DNA of 32,000 nt from Cupriavidus necator (GTDB lineage Bacteria; Pseudomonadota; Gammaproteobacteria; Burkholderiales; Burkholderiaceae): positions 990,001-1,022,000 of the forward strand of contig NZ_CP066019.1 in the NCBI RefSeq assembly GCF_016127575.1, in the 5' to 3' direction. The notes beneath the pieces were generated by a model, which saw only the letters and a program-made list of their open reading frames with translations, was not told the origin of the DNA and did not search any database. A program made the position numbers and the translations under genes. Shown in pieces: positions 12,790-20,810 of this stretch (position 1 is the stretch's first letter; every line of letters begins with the position of its first letter).

Positions 12790-14756
12790 TTCCCGAACTC
12801 GGTCAATGGTGCCTGGCGCTTGCGCTCGCGCTGGCGCTGTCGCAAGCGGCGCTGCCGCTCCTGGGGGCGGTGCGCGGCGTCGATGGCTGGATGCGCACCG
12901 CACATGCCGCAGCACGCATGCAGTTCCTGTTTCTCTCGCTGGCCTTTGTTTTCCTGTCGGCGGCGCTGCTGGGGAACGATTTTTCGGTGCGCTATGTCGC
13001 AAACCACTCAAACAGCAGCCTGCCGGCGATCTATCGCTTTGCCGCCGCCTGGGGCGGCCATGAGGGATCGTTGCTGCTTTGGTCACTACTGCTGGCAGCC
13101 TGGTCGGCCCTGGTGAGCTGGCGCAGCGACAGCCTGCCGCTGATGTTCTCGTCACGCGTGCTGGCCGTCCTGGGCATCGTGTCGAGCGGCTTCCTTTGCT
13201 TCATGCTGTTCACCTCGAATCCTTTCGAGCGCCTGTGGCCGGCGCCCCCGGACGGCGGTGACCTCAACCCACTGTTGCAGGACATCGGGCTGGTGATCCA
13301 CCCGCCGATGCTGTATATCGGCTATGTCGGACTGGCGGTGCCCTTCGCGTTCTCGGTGGCCTCCCTTCTGACCGGGCGCATCGATTCACTCTGGGCACGC
13401 TGGTGCCGGCCATGGACCATCGGCGCCTGGCTGTTCCTGACACTCGGCATCGCCCTTGGCAGTGCCTGGGCCTACTACGAACTGGGTTGGGGCGGCTGGT
13501 GGTTCTGGGATCCGGTCGAGAATGCTTCCTTCATGCCATGGCTGCTTGCCACCGCGCTCATGCATTCGCTGGCGGTCACGGAAAAGCGGGGCATATTCGC
13601 CGGCTGGACCCTGTTGCTGGCGATCGCCGCCTTTGGCCTGAGTTTGCTGGGCGCCTTTCTGGTGCGCTCCGGCGTGCTGACCTCCGTGCATGCCTTTGCC
13701 GCGGATCCGGGGCGCGGCGTGTTCCTGCTGTCATTGTTCGCATTCATCGTCGGCGGCGCACTCTGTTTGTACGCGTGGCGCATGGGGCGCGTGCGGAGCA
13801 GTTCGGCGTTCGCGCCGTTCTCGCGCGAGGGGGTGCTGATGCTGAACAATCTGTTCCTGGCCGTAGCAACCGCGTCTGTTTTGCTGGGCACAGTCTATCC
13901 GCTGGCGCTCGATAGCCTGGGCCTGGCGAAGATATCAGTCGGTGCGCCGTATTTCGAGGCGGTGTTTGTGCCGCTGGTCGTGCCAATGCTGTTTCTGATG
14001 GGCGTGGGCCCGCTGATGCGCTGGAAGCATGCTTCGCTGCCGGATCTGAAGCGTCGGCTGAAATGGGCGCTGGCCGCGGCGCTTGCCTTTGGCCTGGTCA
14101 CGCCCTGGCTGCTAGGCACATCGAGCATCGGCATCAGCCTCGGCCTGGCCCTGGCCGGCTGGATCACCTGTGCTCTGGTCGCGACCGCGGCCGAGAGCGT
14201 GCGCGACCGGCGCGGGGCAGGAGCGTTGCGCAGTCTGGCCGCCCGTCCGCTGTCGTTCCACGGCATGTTGATCGCGCACCTTGGCATTGCAGTGTGCATT
14301 GTCGGGGTCACCATGGTCGGCGGCTATGCAGGCGAACGCACGGTGAGCATGTCGGTCGGCGACTCGCTCGAGTTCCGCGACTACCGCTTCCGCTTCGACT
14401 CGGTGGAAACACTGGCGCGCGACAACTACCAGGCCCGGCGCGCGAGCATTACGGTGACGCGAGACGGCCAGCTGGTGACATTGCTGCGGCCAGAGAAGCG
14501 CTTCTATCCGGTTCAGCGCAAGGTGATGACCGAGGCGGCGATCGATCCCGGCCTGACGCGTGACCTCTATGTATCGCTTGGCGAAGCGTTGCCCGACGGT
14601 AGCTGGACTTTGCGGCTTTACCACAAGCCGTTCATAAGCTGGATCTGGTCCGGCTGCCTGCTGATGGCATTTGGCGGCTTGCTTGCGCTCGGCGACCGCC
14701 GCTATCGGGCGCGCATCGCGCCGGCCGCCACGCCGCTGAACCTGGGGGTGGAGTGA
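12786..14756 (+). CDS. ccmF: Cytochrome c haem lyase subunit CcmF
   Basis: 656 aa, polytopic, with WWD motif WGGWWFWDPVEN. Overlaps the ccmE stop. Confidence 0.95.
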   Translation: MIPELGQWCLALALALALSQAALPLLGAVRGVDGWMRTAHAAARMQFLFLSLAFVFLSAALLGNDFSVRYVANHSNSSLPAIYRFAAAWGGHEGSLLLWSLLLAAWSALVSWRSDSLPLMFSSRVLAVLGIVSSGFLCFMLFTSNPFERLWPAPPDGGDLNPLLQDIGLVIHPPMLYIGYVGLAVPFAFSVASLLTGRIDSLWARWCRPWTIGAWLFLTLGIALGSAWAYYELGWGGWWFWDPVENASFMPWLLATALMHSLAVTEKRGIFAGWTLLLAIAAFGLSLLGAFLVRSGVLTSVHAFAADPGRGVFLLSLFAFIVGGALCLYAWRMGRVRSSSAFAPFSREGVLMLNNLFLAVATASVLLGTVYPLALDSLGLAKISVGAPYFEAVFVPLVVPMLFLMGVGPLMRWKHASLPDLKRRLKWALAAALAFGLVTPWLLGTSSIGISLGLALAGWITCALVATAAESVRDRRGAGALRSLAARPLSFHGMLIAHLGIAVCIVGVTMVGGYAGERTVSMSVGDSLEFRDYRFRFDSVETLARDNYQARRASITVTRDGQLVTLLRPEKRFYPVQRKVMTEAAIDPGLTRDLYVSLGEALPDGSWTLRLYHKPFISWIWSGCLLMAFGGLLALGDRRYRARIAPAATPLNLGVE

Positions 14757-15316
14757 TGCGACGGTTTGTTCCTGCTGCGATCTTCATCATGCTCTTGCTG
14801 CTGCTCGGCCTCGGGCTTGCGCCGAGACCAAGCAGTCCGCCATCCCCCCTGATCGGCAAGAGCGCGCCGGCTTTCAGGCTGCCCTTGCTGGACGCGCCTC
14901 AGCAAACTGTGGCGCCTGCCGATCTGTGCGGACAGGTCTGGGTGCTGAACGTCTGGGCATCGTGGTGCGGCGCCTGCCGCGAGGAGCATCCGAAGCTGAT
15001 GGAGCTGGCGCGCCTTACCCGGGTGCCCATCTATGGGCTGGATTACAAGGATGGGCGCGACGAGGCCGGTGCCTGGCTTGCGCGGCACGGCAACCCTTAT
15101 CGCGCCAGTCTGTTCGATGCCGATGGCCGGGTCGGCATCGACTACGGCGTGTACGGTGTTCCGGAAACCTTCGTGATTGACCGTCGCGGCGTGATACGCC
15201 ACAAGCATGTCGGTCCGCTGACCGAGGAGGTGGTGCGCAAAGAACTGTTGCCGATGTTGGCGGCGCTCGAGAACGAGCCGGACGTAGCACTGGCAAGCAG
15301 GGGAAAAGGGGGCTGA
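14753..15316 (+). CDS. ccmG: Thiol:disulfide oxidoreductase CcmG/DsbE
   Basis: Thioredoxin-fold motif WASWCGACREEH and GVYGVPETFVID. Start is GTG 14753 or ATG 14756, overlapping the ccmF stop. Confidence 0.9.
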   Translation: MMRRFVPAAIFIMLLLLLGLGLAPRPSSPPSPLIGKSAPAFRLPLLDAPQQTVAPADLCGQVWVLNVWASWCGACREEHPKLMELARLTRVPIYGLDYKDGRDEAGAWLARHGNPYRASLFDADGRVGIDYGVYGVPETFVIDRRGVIRHKHVGPLTEEVVRKELLPMLAALENEPDVALASRGKGG

Positions 15317-15317
15317 C

Positions 15318-15767
15318 ATGAAATCAAGCGTTCGCCGGTGGTGCGTACTTGGGTGTTTGCTGGGCGGTCTGCTGGCCAATGCAATCGGCGCCGAGCCGGC
15401 ACAGGCCGATGCCGAGCAGGCTCTGCAGGCCCGGGTCACGAGGCTGGCCGTCGACCTGCGTTGCGTGGTATGCCAGAACCAGTCGCTTGCCGATTCCAAT
15501 GCCAGCCTGGCGATTGACTTGCGCAGCGAGATTGCCGGCATGCTGCGCGATGGGAAAAGCGAGCGCGATGTGACCGAGTTCATGGTGCAGCGCTACGGCG
15601 ATTTCGTGCTGTACAGCCCGCCGCTGCAGCCCACCACCTGGCTCCTGTGGCTTGGCCCGTTCCTGCTCATGTTGGTGGGAATGGTGGTGCTCTACCGGCA
15701 TGCTGCCGGATCGCGGGCACGCGAGCGGGCGGGTAAGGCTGGCGGCAGCGAGGAGGGAAGCATATGA
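15318..15767 (+). CDS. ccmH: Cytochrome c maturation protein CcmH
   Basis: Signal peptide plus the LRCVVCQNQSLADSNA motif, with a C-terminal TM helix. Confidence 0.85.
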   Translation: MKSSVRRWCVLGCLLGGLLANAIGAEPAQADAEQALQARVTRLAVDLRCVVCQNQSLADSNASLAIDLRSEIAGMLRDGKSERDVTEFMVQRYGDFVLYSPPLQPTTWLLWLGPFLLMLVGMVVLYRHAAGSRARERAGKAGGSEEGSI

Positions 15768-16801
15768 CATCGGCGCAGGTATTCTGGGGATTCGCCACCG
15801 CCCTGACCATTGGTGCGCTGCTGACCGTATTGCAGCCAATGGTGGCAGGTATCGCCGTTGCGAAAGGCCGGGCGCGCCGGGTTCAGTTCCTGGCCGGGCT
15901 AGCTATCACGCTGGTGGCCCTGGCAGGGTATCTTGCTGTCGGCCGGCCGGACCTGATCGGGCCGGAATCTGGCAGCGGGTCAGGAGCAACGCCGCGGGAA
16001 ACGTCGATTCCGCATCTGATCAAGCGTCTTGAGGCGCATCTGCAGCAATGGCCTGACGATGCCGATGCCGCACTGTTGCTCGCGCGCTCATACTATGCCG
16101 CAGCCCGTTTCGCCGAGGCGGTGCCGGCGTTCGAGCGCGCATTCGTGCTGAAGGCACCCGCGGCACCGCAGCTTGCCGATTATGCCGATGCGCGTACTGC
16201 GCAAAATGGGGGCACTTTTGATGCGCAGGCACAGAAGGCTGTTGAACGCGCGCTGGCACTTGATGCGCAGCATGTGAAGTCGCTGTGGCTGGCGGGCAGC
16301 TTTGCCTTCAATGACCGGCGCCCTGCCGACGCGATTGTTTACTGGACGCGCCTGGCGCCATTGCTGCCAGCCGATTCCGAAGAGCTACGCCGTCTGCAGG
16401 CCAACATTGCCGGAGCGCGTGCGCAGGTGGGGACCGGTTCGGCTGTTGCGGGCAACAAGAAGCAGCTTTCCGGCACCGTAGCAATTGCCCCCGAATTGCA
16501 GGCGTCTGTTGGCAGTACCGACACGCTCTACGTATTCGCACGCGGGCTGCAAGGGCCGCCGATGCCGCTGGCTGTCTTCAAGGCAGTGCCTGGACGCTGG
16601 CCGGTGGCGTTTTCGCTGGACGAGAGCATGGCGGTGATGGGCGGTGCGCGCCTGAGTGAGCGGGAAAGCGCGATGGTTGTCGCACGAATCTCACGTTCCG
16701 GCCAGGCGATCGGCCAGCCAGGCGACCTGGAAAGCGGGGCGGTACAGGTGAAGGTGGGCGCTGCTGGCATCCAGCTGTTGATTGATACGGTAAGGAAATG
16801 A
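15764..16801 (+). CDS. ccmI: TPR-containing cytochrome c biogenesis protein CcmI (CycH-like)
   Basis: ATGA overlap with ccmH, two N-terminal TM helices and a TPR-like periplasmic region. Terminal position in the ccm order. Confidence 0.75.
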   Translation: MTSAQVFWGFATALTIGALLTVLQPMVAGIAVAKGRARRVQFLAGLAITLVALAGYLAVGRPDLIGPESGSGSGATPRETSIPHLIKRLEAHLQQWPDDADAALLLARSYYAAARFAEAVPAFERAFVLKAPAAPQLADYADARTAQNGGTFDAQAQKAVERALALDAQHVKSLWLAGSFAFNDRRPADAIVYWTRLAPLLPADSEELRRLQANIAGARAQVGTGSAVAGNKKQLSGTVAIAPELQASVGSTDTLYVFARGLQGPPMPLAVFKAVPGRWPVAFSLDESMAVMGGARLSERESAMVVARISRSGQAIGQPGDLESGAVQVKVGAAGIQLLIDTVRK

Positions 16802-16908
16802 GGGTTGATCCGCGACGATCATAGGGTAGACGACCAGCTGCCGCTGCCCACAACGCCGCCCAGCGTCTCAGTAGCGGATTCTGTGGTCCCGCGATGTGCT
16901 GCTTGATC

Positions 16909-16983
16909 GCAACTTAATGGATTGCTTATGCGTCGGCTAAGAATATATGAATTTACCTTAACTGGGTGAGCAGATATCTTTCC
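16909..16983 (+). repeat. Right copy of the direct repeat, upstream of apbC (promoter-like: TTTACC-N17-TATCTT)
   Basis: See the left copy. The -35-like TTTACC (16952-16957) and -10-like TATCTT (16975-16980) are conserved in both copies. Confidence 0.6.
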
Positions 16984-17054
16984 AGCATTGCCGCCACGCC
17001 GCCAAAGCACGCCTGGTGCATGCATCCCTACATTCACCAGCAGCGGAGTATGTC

Positions 17055-18143
17055 TTGAGCGTCAGCACTGAGCAGGTCACCGAAGCCCTGCGCACCGTCA
17101 TCGACCCCAATACGGGCAAGGACCTGGTGTCCACCCGCTCGGCCAGGAACATCCGCGTCGACGGCGGCGATGTCTCGCTGGAAGTCGAACTCGGCTACCC
17201 CGCGAAGAGCCAGTTCGATCCGATCCGCGAGCTGGTGGTTGCTGCGGTGCGGCAAGTGCCGGGCGTGAGCAACGTCAGCGTGGCCGTGACCATGAAGATC
17301 GTCGCGCACGCGGTGCAGCGCGGGGTCAAGCTGCTGCCGGGCGTGAAGAACGTGATTGCGGTGGCGTCGGGCAAGGGCGGGGTGGGCAAGTCCACCACGG
17401 CTGTGAACCTGGCGCTGGCGCTGGCGGCGGAAGGCGCGCGCGTCGGCATGCTCGACGCAGACATTTATGGGCCGAGCCTGCCGATGATGCTGGGCATCGA
17501 CGGCCGCCCGGAATCCGCCGACGGCCAGACCATGGAGCCGCTGGAAGGGCACGGTCTGCAGGCCAACTCGATCGGCTTCCTGATCGAGCAGGACAACCCG
17601 ATGGTATGGCGCGGCCCGATGGTCACCTCGGCGCTGGAGCAGCTGCTGCGCCAGACCAACTGGCACGACCTGGACTACCTGATCGTCGACATGCCGCCGG
17701 GCACCGGCGACGTCCAGCTGACGCTGTCGCAGAAGGTGCCGGTCACCGGCGCGGTGATCGTCACCACGCCTCAGGATATCGCGCTGCTGGATGCCAGGAA
17801 GGGCCTGAAGATGTTCGAGAAGGTGGGCATTCCCATCCTGGGCATCGTCGAGAACATGGCGGTCTACTGCTGCCCGAACTGCGGCCATGTCGAGCATATC
17901 TTCGGCCACGGCGGCGGCGAGAAGATGTGCGCCGACTACGGCGTCGACCTGCTGGGCAGCCTGCCGCTGAACCTGCAGATCCGCGAGCAGGCCGACTCCG
18001 GCCGCCCGACCGTGGTGGCCGAGCCCGACAGCCCGGTGGCCGGGATGTACCGCGCCATCGCGCGCAAGGTGGCGATCAAGGTCGCCGACAAGGCGCGCGA
18101 CATGACCAGCAAGTTCCCGAGCATCGTCGTGCAGAACACCTGA
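17055..18143 (+). CDS. apbC: Fe-S cluster carrier ATPase ApbC/Mrp
   Basis: Deviant Walker A SGKGGVGKST, CPNCGH motif and an N-terminal DUF59-like region. TTG 17055 lies 6 nt after GGAG and is preferred over the track start GTG 17016. Confidence 0.9.
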   Translation: MSVSTEQVTEALRTVIDPNTGKDLVSTRSARNIRVDGGDVSLEVELGYPAKSQFDPIRELVVAAVRQVPGVSNVSVAVTMKIVAHAVQRGVKLLPGVKNVIAVASGKGGVGKSTTAVNLALALAAEGARVGMLDADIYGPSLPMMLGIDGRPESADGQTMEPLEGHGLQANSIGFLIEQDNPMVWRGPMVTSALEQLLRQTNWHDLDYLIVDMPPGTGDVQLTLSQKVPVTGAVIVTTPQDIALLDARKGLKMFEKVGIPILGIVENMAVYCCPNCGHVEHIFGHGGGEKMCADYGVDLLGSLPLNLQIREQADSGRPTVVAEPDSPVAGMYRAIARKVAIKVADKARDMTSKFPSIVVQNT

Positions 18144-18198
18144 CCAGGGTGAGCGATTTACGCGCGGCGCCCGTCGCGCGCTGACATGGAGCAATGGC

Positions 18199-19617
18199 AT
18201 GAGACGCCTTCGCAACGCCAAGATCGTGGCCACGCTGGGCCCCGCGAGTAGCACCCCCGAGCTCATCGACGCGCTGTTCGAGGCCGGTGCCGATGTCTTC
18301 CGGCTCAACTTCAGCCACGGCACCCACGAAGACCACCGGCAACGGTTCGAAGCGATCCGCGCCGTGGAGCGCAAGCGAGGCCGCCCCATCGGTGTGCTGC
18401 TCGACCTGCAGGGTCCGAAGCTGCGCATCGGCACCTTCGCCGACGGGCCAGTGCAACTGGCCGCGGGAGCCGGCTTCCGGCTGGACCTGGACAGCGCGGC
18501 GCCCGGCTCGGCCAGCAGGGTCTGCCTGCCGCACCCGGAGATCTTCGCCGCGCTGAGCGAAGGCGTCGAGCTGCTGCTGGACGACGGCAAGATCCGGTTG
18601 CGCGTCGAGCAGTGCGGCGCCGGCTTCGCCGAGACCACGGTCGTCAACGGCGGTACGCTCTCGGACCGAAAAGGGGTGAACGTGCCTGATGCGGTGCTGC
18701 CGCTGTCGGCCATGACCGAAAAAGACCGGCGCGACCTCGACTTCGGTCTGGCCCTGGGGGCGGACTGGATCGCGCTGTCCTTCGTGCAGCGGCCCGAAGA
18801 CATCCGGGAGATCAAGGCAATTGTCAACGGCCGCGCCGGCATCGTGGCCAAGCTGGAGAAGCCCGCCGCCATCCAGAGCCTGGATCTGATCGTCGCCGAG
18901 GCCGATGCCATCATGGTGGCGCGCGGCGACCTGGGCGTGGAGATGCCGGCCGAGCAGGTGCCCTCGCTGCAGAAGCAGATCGTCCGCGCATGCCGCAAGG
19001 CCGGCAAGCCGGTCATCGTTGCCACGCAAATGCTCGAATCGATGATTGCCGCCCCGGTGCCCACCCGCGCGGAAGCGTCAGACGTGGCGACGGCGATCTA
19101 CGACGGTGCCGACGCGGTCATGCTGTCGGCCGAGTCGGCTTCGGGCCGGTATCCGGTGGAGGCGGTGCGAATGATGAACAGCATTATCTCCCGCACGGAA
19201 TCCGACCCGCTGTACCGCGACGCCATCGAGGCATCCCACACGCCGCCGCGCGCGGACGCGGCTGATGCCATCGGTTATGCGGTGCGGCATATCGTGGGCT
19301 TGCTCAGGGTGCCGGCGACGGTCGCCTATACCAGCTCGGGCTATTCGGCGCTGCGTATGGCGCGCGAGCGGCCGCAGGTGCCCATTCTCGGCATGACACC
19401 GCGCATGGCGACGGCGAGGCGGCTGACGCTCACCTGGGGCGTGCATGCGGTGCTCTGCCACGAGGTGCTGGATGTGCCGGAGATGACCGATCTGGCCAGC
19501 CGCACTGTGCTGGCGGAGGGCTTCGGGGAAGCCGGACAGTCCGTCGTCATCTCCGCGGGGCTGCCGTTCCTGGTGGCGGGAACCACCAACCTGCTGCGGA
19601 TTGCGCAGATCCAATGA
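18199..19617 (+). CDS. pyk: Pyruvate kinase
   Basis: 472 aa. Motifs KIVATLGPAS, FRLNFSHG, MVARGDLGVE and TQMLESM. Confidence 0.95.
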   Translation: MRRLRNAKIVATLGPASSTPELIDALFEAGADVFRLNFSHGTHEDHRQRFEAIRAVERKRGRPIGVLLDLQGPKLRIGTFADGPVQLAAGAGFRLDLDSAAPGSASRVCLPHPEIFAALSEGVELLLDDGKIRLRVEQCGAGFAETTVVNGGTLSDRKGVNVPDAVLPLSAMTEKDRRDLDFGLALGADWIALSFVQRPEDIREIKAIVNGRAGIVAKLEKPAAIQSLDLIVAEADAIMVARGDLGVEMPAEQVPSLQKQIVRACRKAGKPVIVATQMLESMIAAPVPTRAEASDVATAIYDGADAVMLSAESASGRYPVEAVRMMNSIISRTESDPLYRDAIEASHTPPRADAADAIGYAVRHIVGLLRVPATVAYTSSGYSALRMARERPQVPILGMTPRMATARRLTLTWGVHAVLCHEVLDVPEMTDLASRTVLAEGFGEAGQSVVISAGLPFLVAGTTNLLRIAQIQ

Positions 19618-19816
19618 GGGGGTAGGGACACCGCCGAACAGGTACGACCCGGGGCATTGCCGCAGCGTTGCACGGTCCCCGCTGACAGAGGCCACTGCCA
19701 CCTCCGTCAGCGGGCCGGGCCGCTCCCCTCCTGACCTCGACTCCCCCCTCGAAAGAGGTAGGCAATGCTGAGGCTTGGCTCATTTGCCCCGACTCTCGTT
19801 GACTACGGCTTTGGAA

Positions 19817-19841
19817 GCCCCCGGCGGGGCCATTGTTATTT
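19817..19841 (+). terminator. Weak intrinsic terminator candidate
   Basis: GCCCC-CGGC-GGGGC stem-loop followed by the T-rich CATTGTTATTT. Lies 200 nt after the pyk stop. Confidence 0.25.
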
Positions 19842-20118
19842 AGCCGAAGACCGGGCAAATGATGGCCATGATGGTATCGAAACCGTGCAAAAGTCATACC
19901 CTGCCAATCAGCAGGGTGCCTTTGACGGCGCGCAGGCATGAGTGGCGCGGTTAAAGGCCTTCCGGCTGGCCAGCCATGCACGGTTTTATCGATGCCAACA
20001 CTGTACATGCGCTGGCGCGTGGTCTAGTCTTCACGTTGACCCGCGTTCGGCTGAAATCCGGGCGAAGGGGCCAATCAAGGCGCCAGTAAAAGCGCCAGTA
20101 TCGGGGGTCTGGACTGCC

Positions 20119-20706
20119 ATGAGTATCGAGATCGGAAAAGACATCACTGCGTTTGCCGACCAACTGCTGGACGCCGTATTCCTGGTCGACACAGGCGGCC
20201 GCATCCAGTATGTCAGCGCCGCGTGCGAGGGCATTTTTGGCTATACGCCGAAGGATATGGCGGGCGAGTTCATCATCGATCTGGTCATGCCCGCCGACCG
20301 GGACCGGACCATTATCGAGGCCAAGCAGGTGATGTCGGGAAAGAAGCGGATCGGTTTTGAAAACCGCTATCGCCACAAGGACGGCAGTGCCGTCCATATC
20401 ATGTGGTCCGCCGGATGGCTCCAGTCGGAACGGTTGCGCGTCGGGGTTGCCCGCGATGTCACTGCGCTGAAGAAGGAGAGCATTCTTGACCTTGGGCTGG
20501 CGCTTTCTTCCGTTCCGTTGGCGCCCCACGAGCAGAAGGTCTTGCGGCTGCTGTTGACCGACGCATCGGAAAAGCAGATTGCCCAGCGCCTCGGCCTGGC
20601 CGTTTCAACGACCCATTCCTATGTGACCGGCATTTTCCGGAAATTCGGCGTCAGGGGCCGGGCGGGGTTGATGAGCCTGTGGCTGGAAAATCTGACCAGG
20701 GACTAA
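20119..20706 (+). CDS. PAS-domain LuxR-family (HTH) transcriptional regulator
   Basis: Start at MSIEIGKD. PAS-like region DAVFLVDTGGRIQYVSAACEGIFGYTPKDM...ENRYRHKDGS. C-terminal LuxR HTH region EKQIAQRLGLAVSTTHSYVTGIFRKFGV. The track's N-terminal extension from 19942 looks non-coding. Confidence 0.8.
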   Translation: MSIEIGKDITAFADQLLDAVFLVDTGGRIQYVSAACEGIFGYTPKDMAGEFIIDLVMPADRDRTIIEAKQVMSGKKRIGFENRYRHKDGSAVHIMWSAGWLQSERLRVGVARDVTALKKESILDLGLALSSVPLAPHEQKVLRLLLTDASEKQIAQRLGLAVSTTHSYVTGIFRKFGVRGRAGLMSLWLENLTRD

Positions 20707-20810
20707 ATACGCAATATAGATTGTATTTCTCGAATACAAACCATGATCTGTATTGGTCAGAAACTTCGTCCCCGCGCCTCATAAATCGCTTATCTCTACC
20801 GGCGCCGCCA

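Noticed and set aside
18161-18180. GC-only hairpin CGCGCG-N8-CGCGCG between apbC and pyk.
   Set aside because: It is a self-complementary CG repeat of low information content in GC-rich DNA with no U-tract. That is insufficient to call a terminator or attenuator.
17034-19064. 676-aa ORF on the minus strand spanning apbC and pyk. Similar long antisense ORFs occur at 3365..4993, 28424..30427, 11956..13155, 10603..11427 and 14702..15583.
   Set aside because: These are typical stop-poor shadow frames of high-GC genes. The translations are Arg/Ala/Pro/Gly-rich and low in complexity, with no recognisable motifs. The opposite strand carries clearly identifiable proteins.
19942-20118. 59-codon N-terminal extension of the PAS-LuxR ORF.
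   Set aside because: It has a GTG start without SD, Cys/Arg-rich non-protein-like sequence, and overlaps the structured leader and direct repeats. The PAS domain begins right after Met at 20119.
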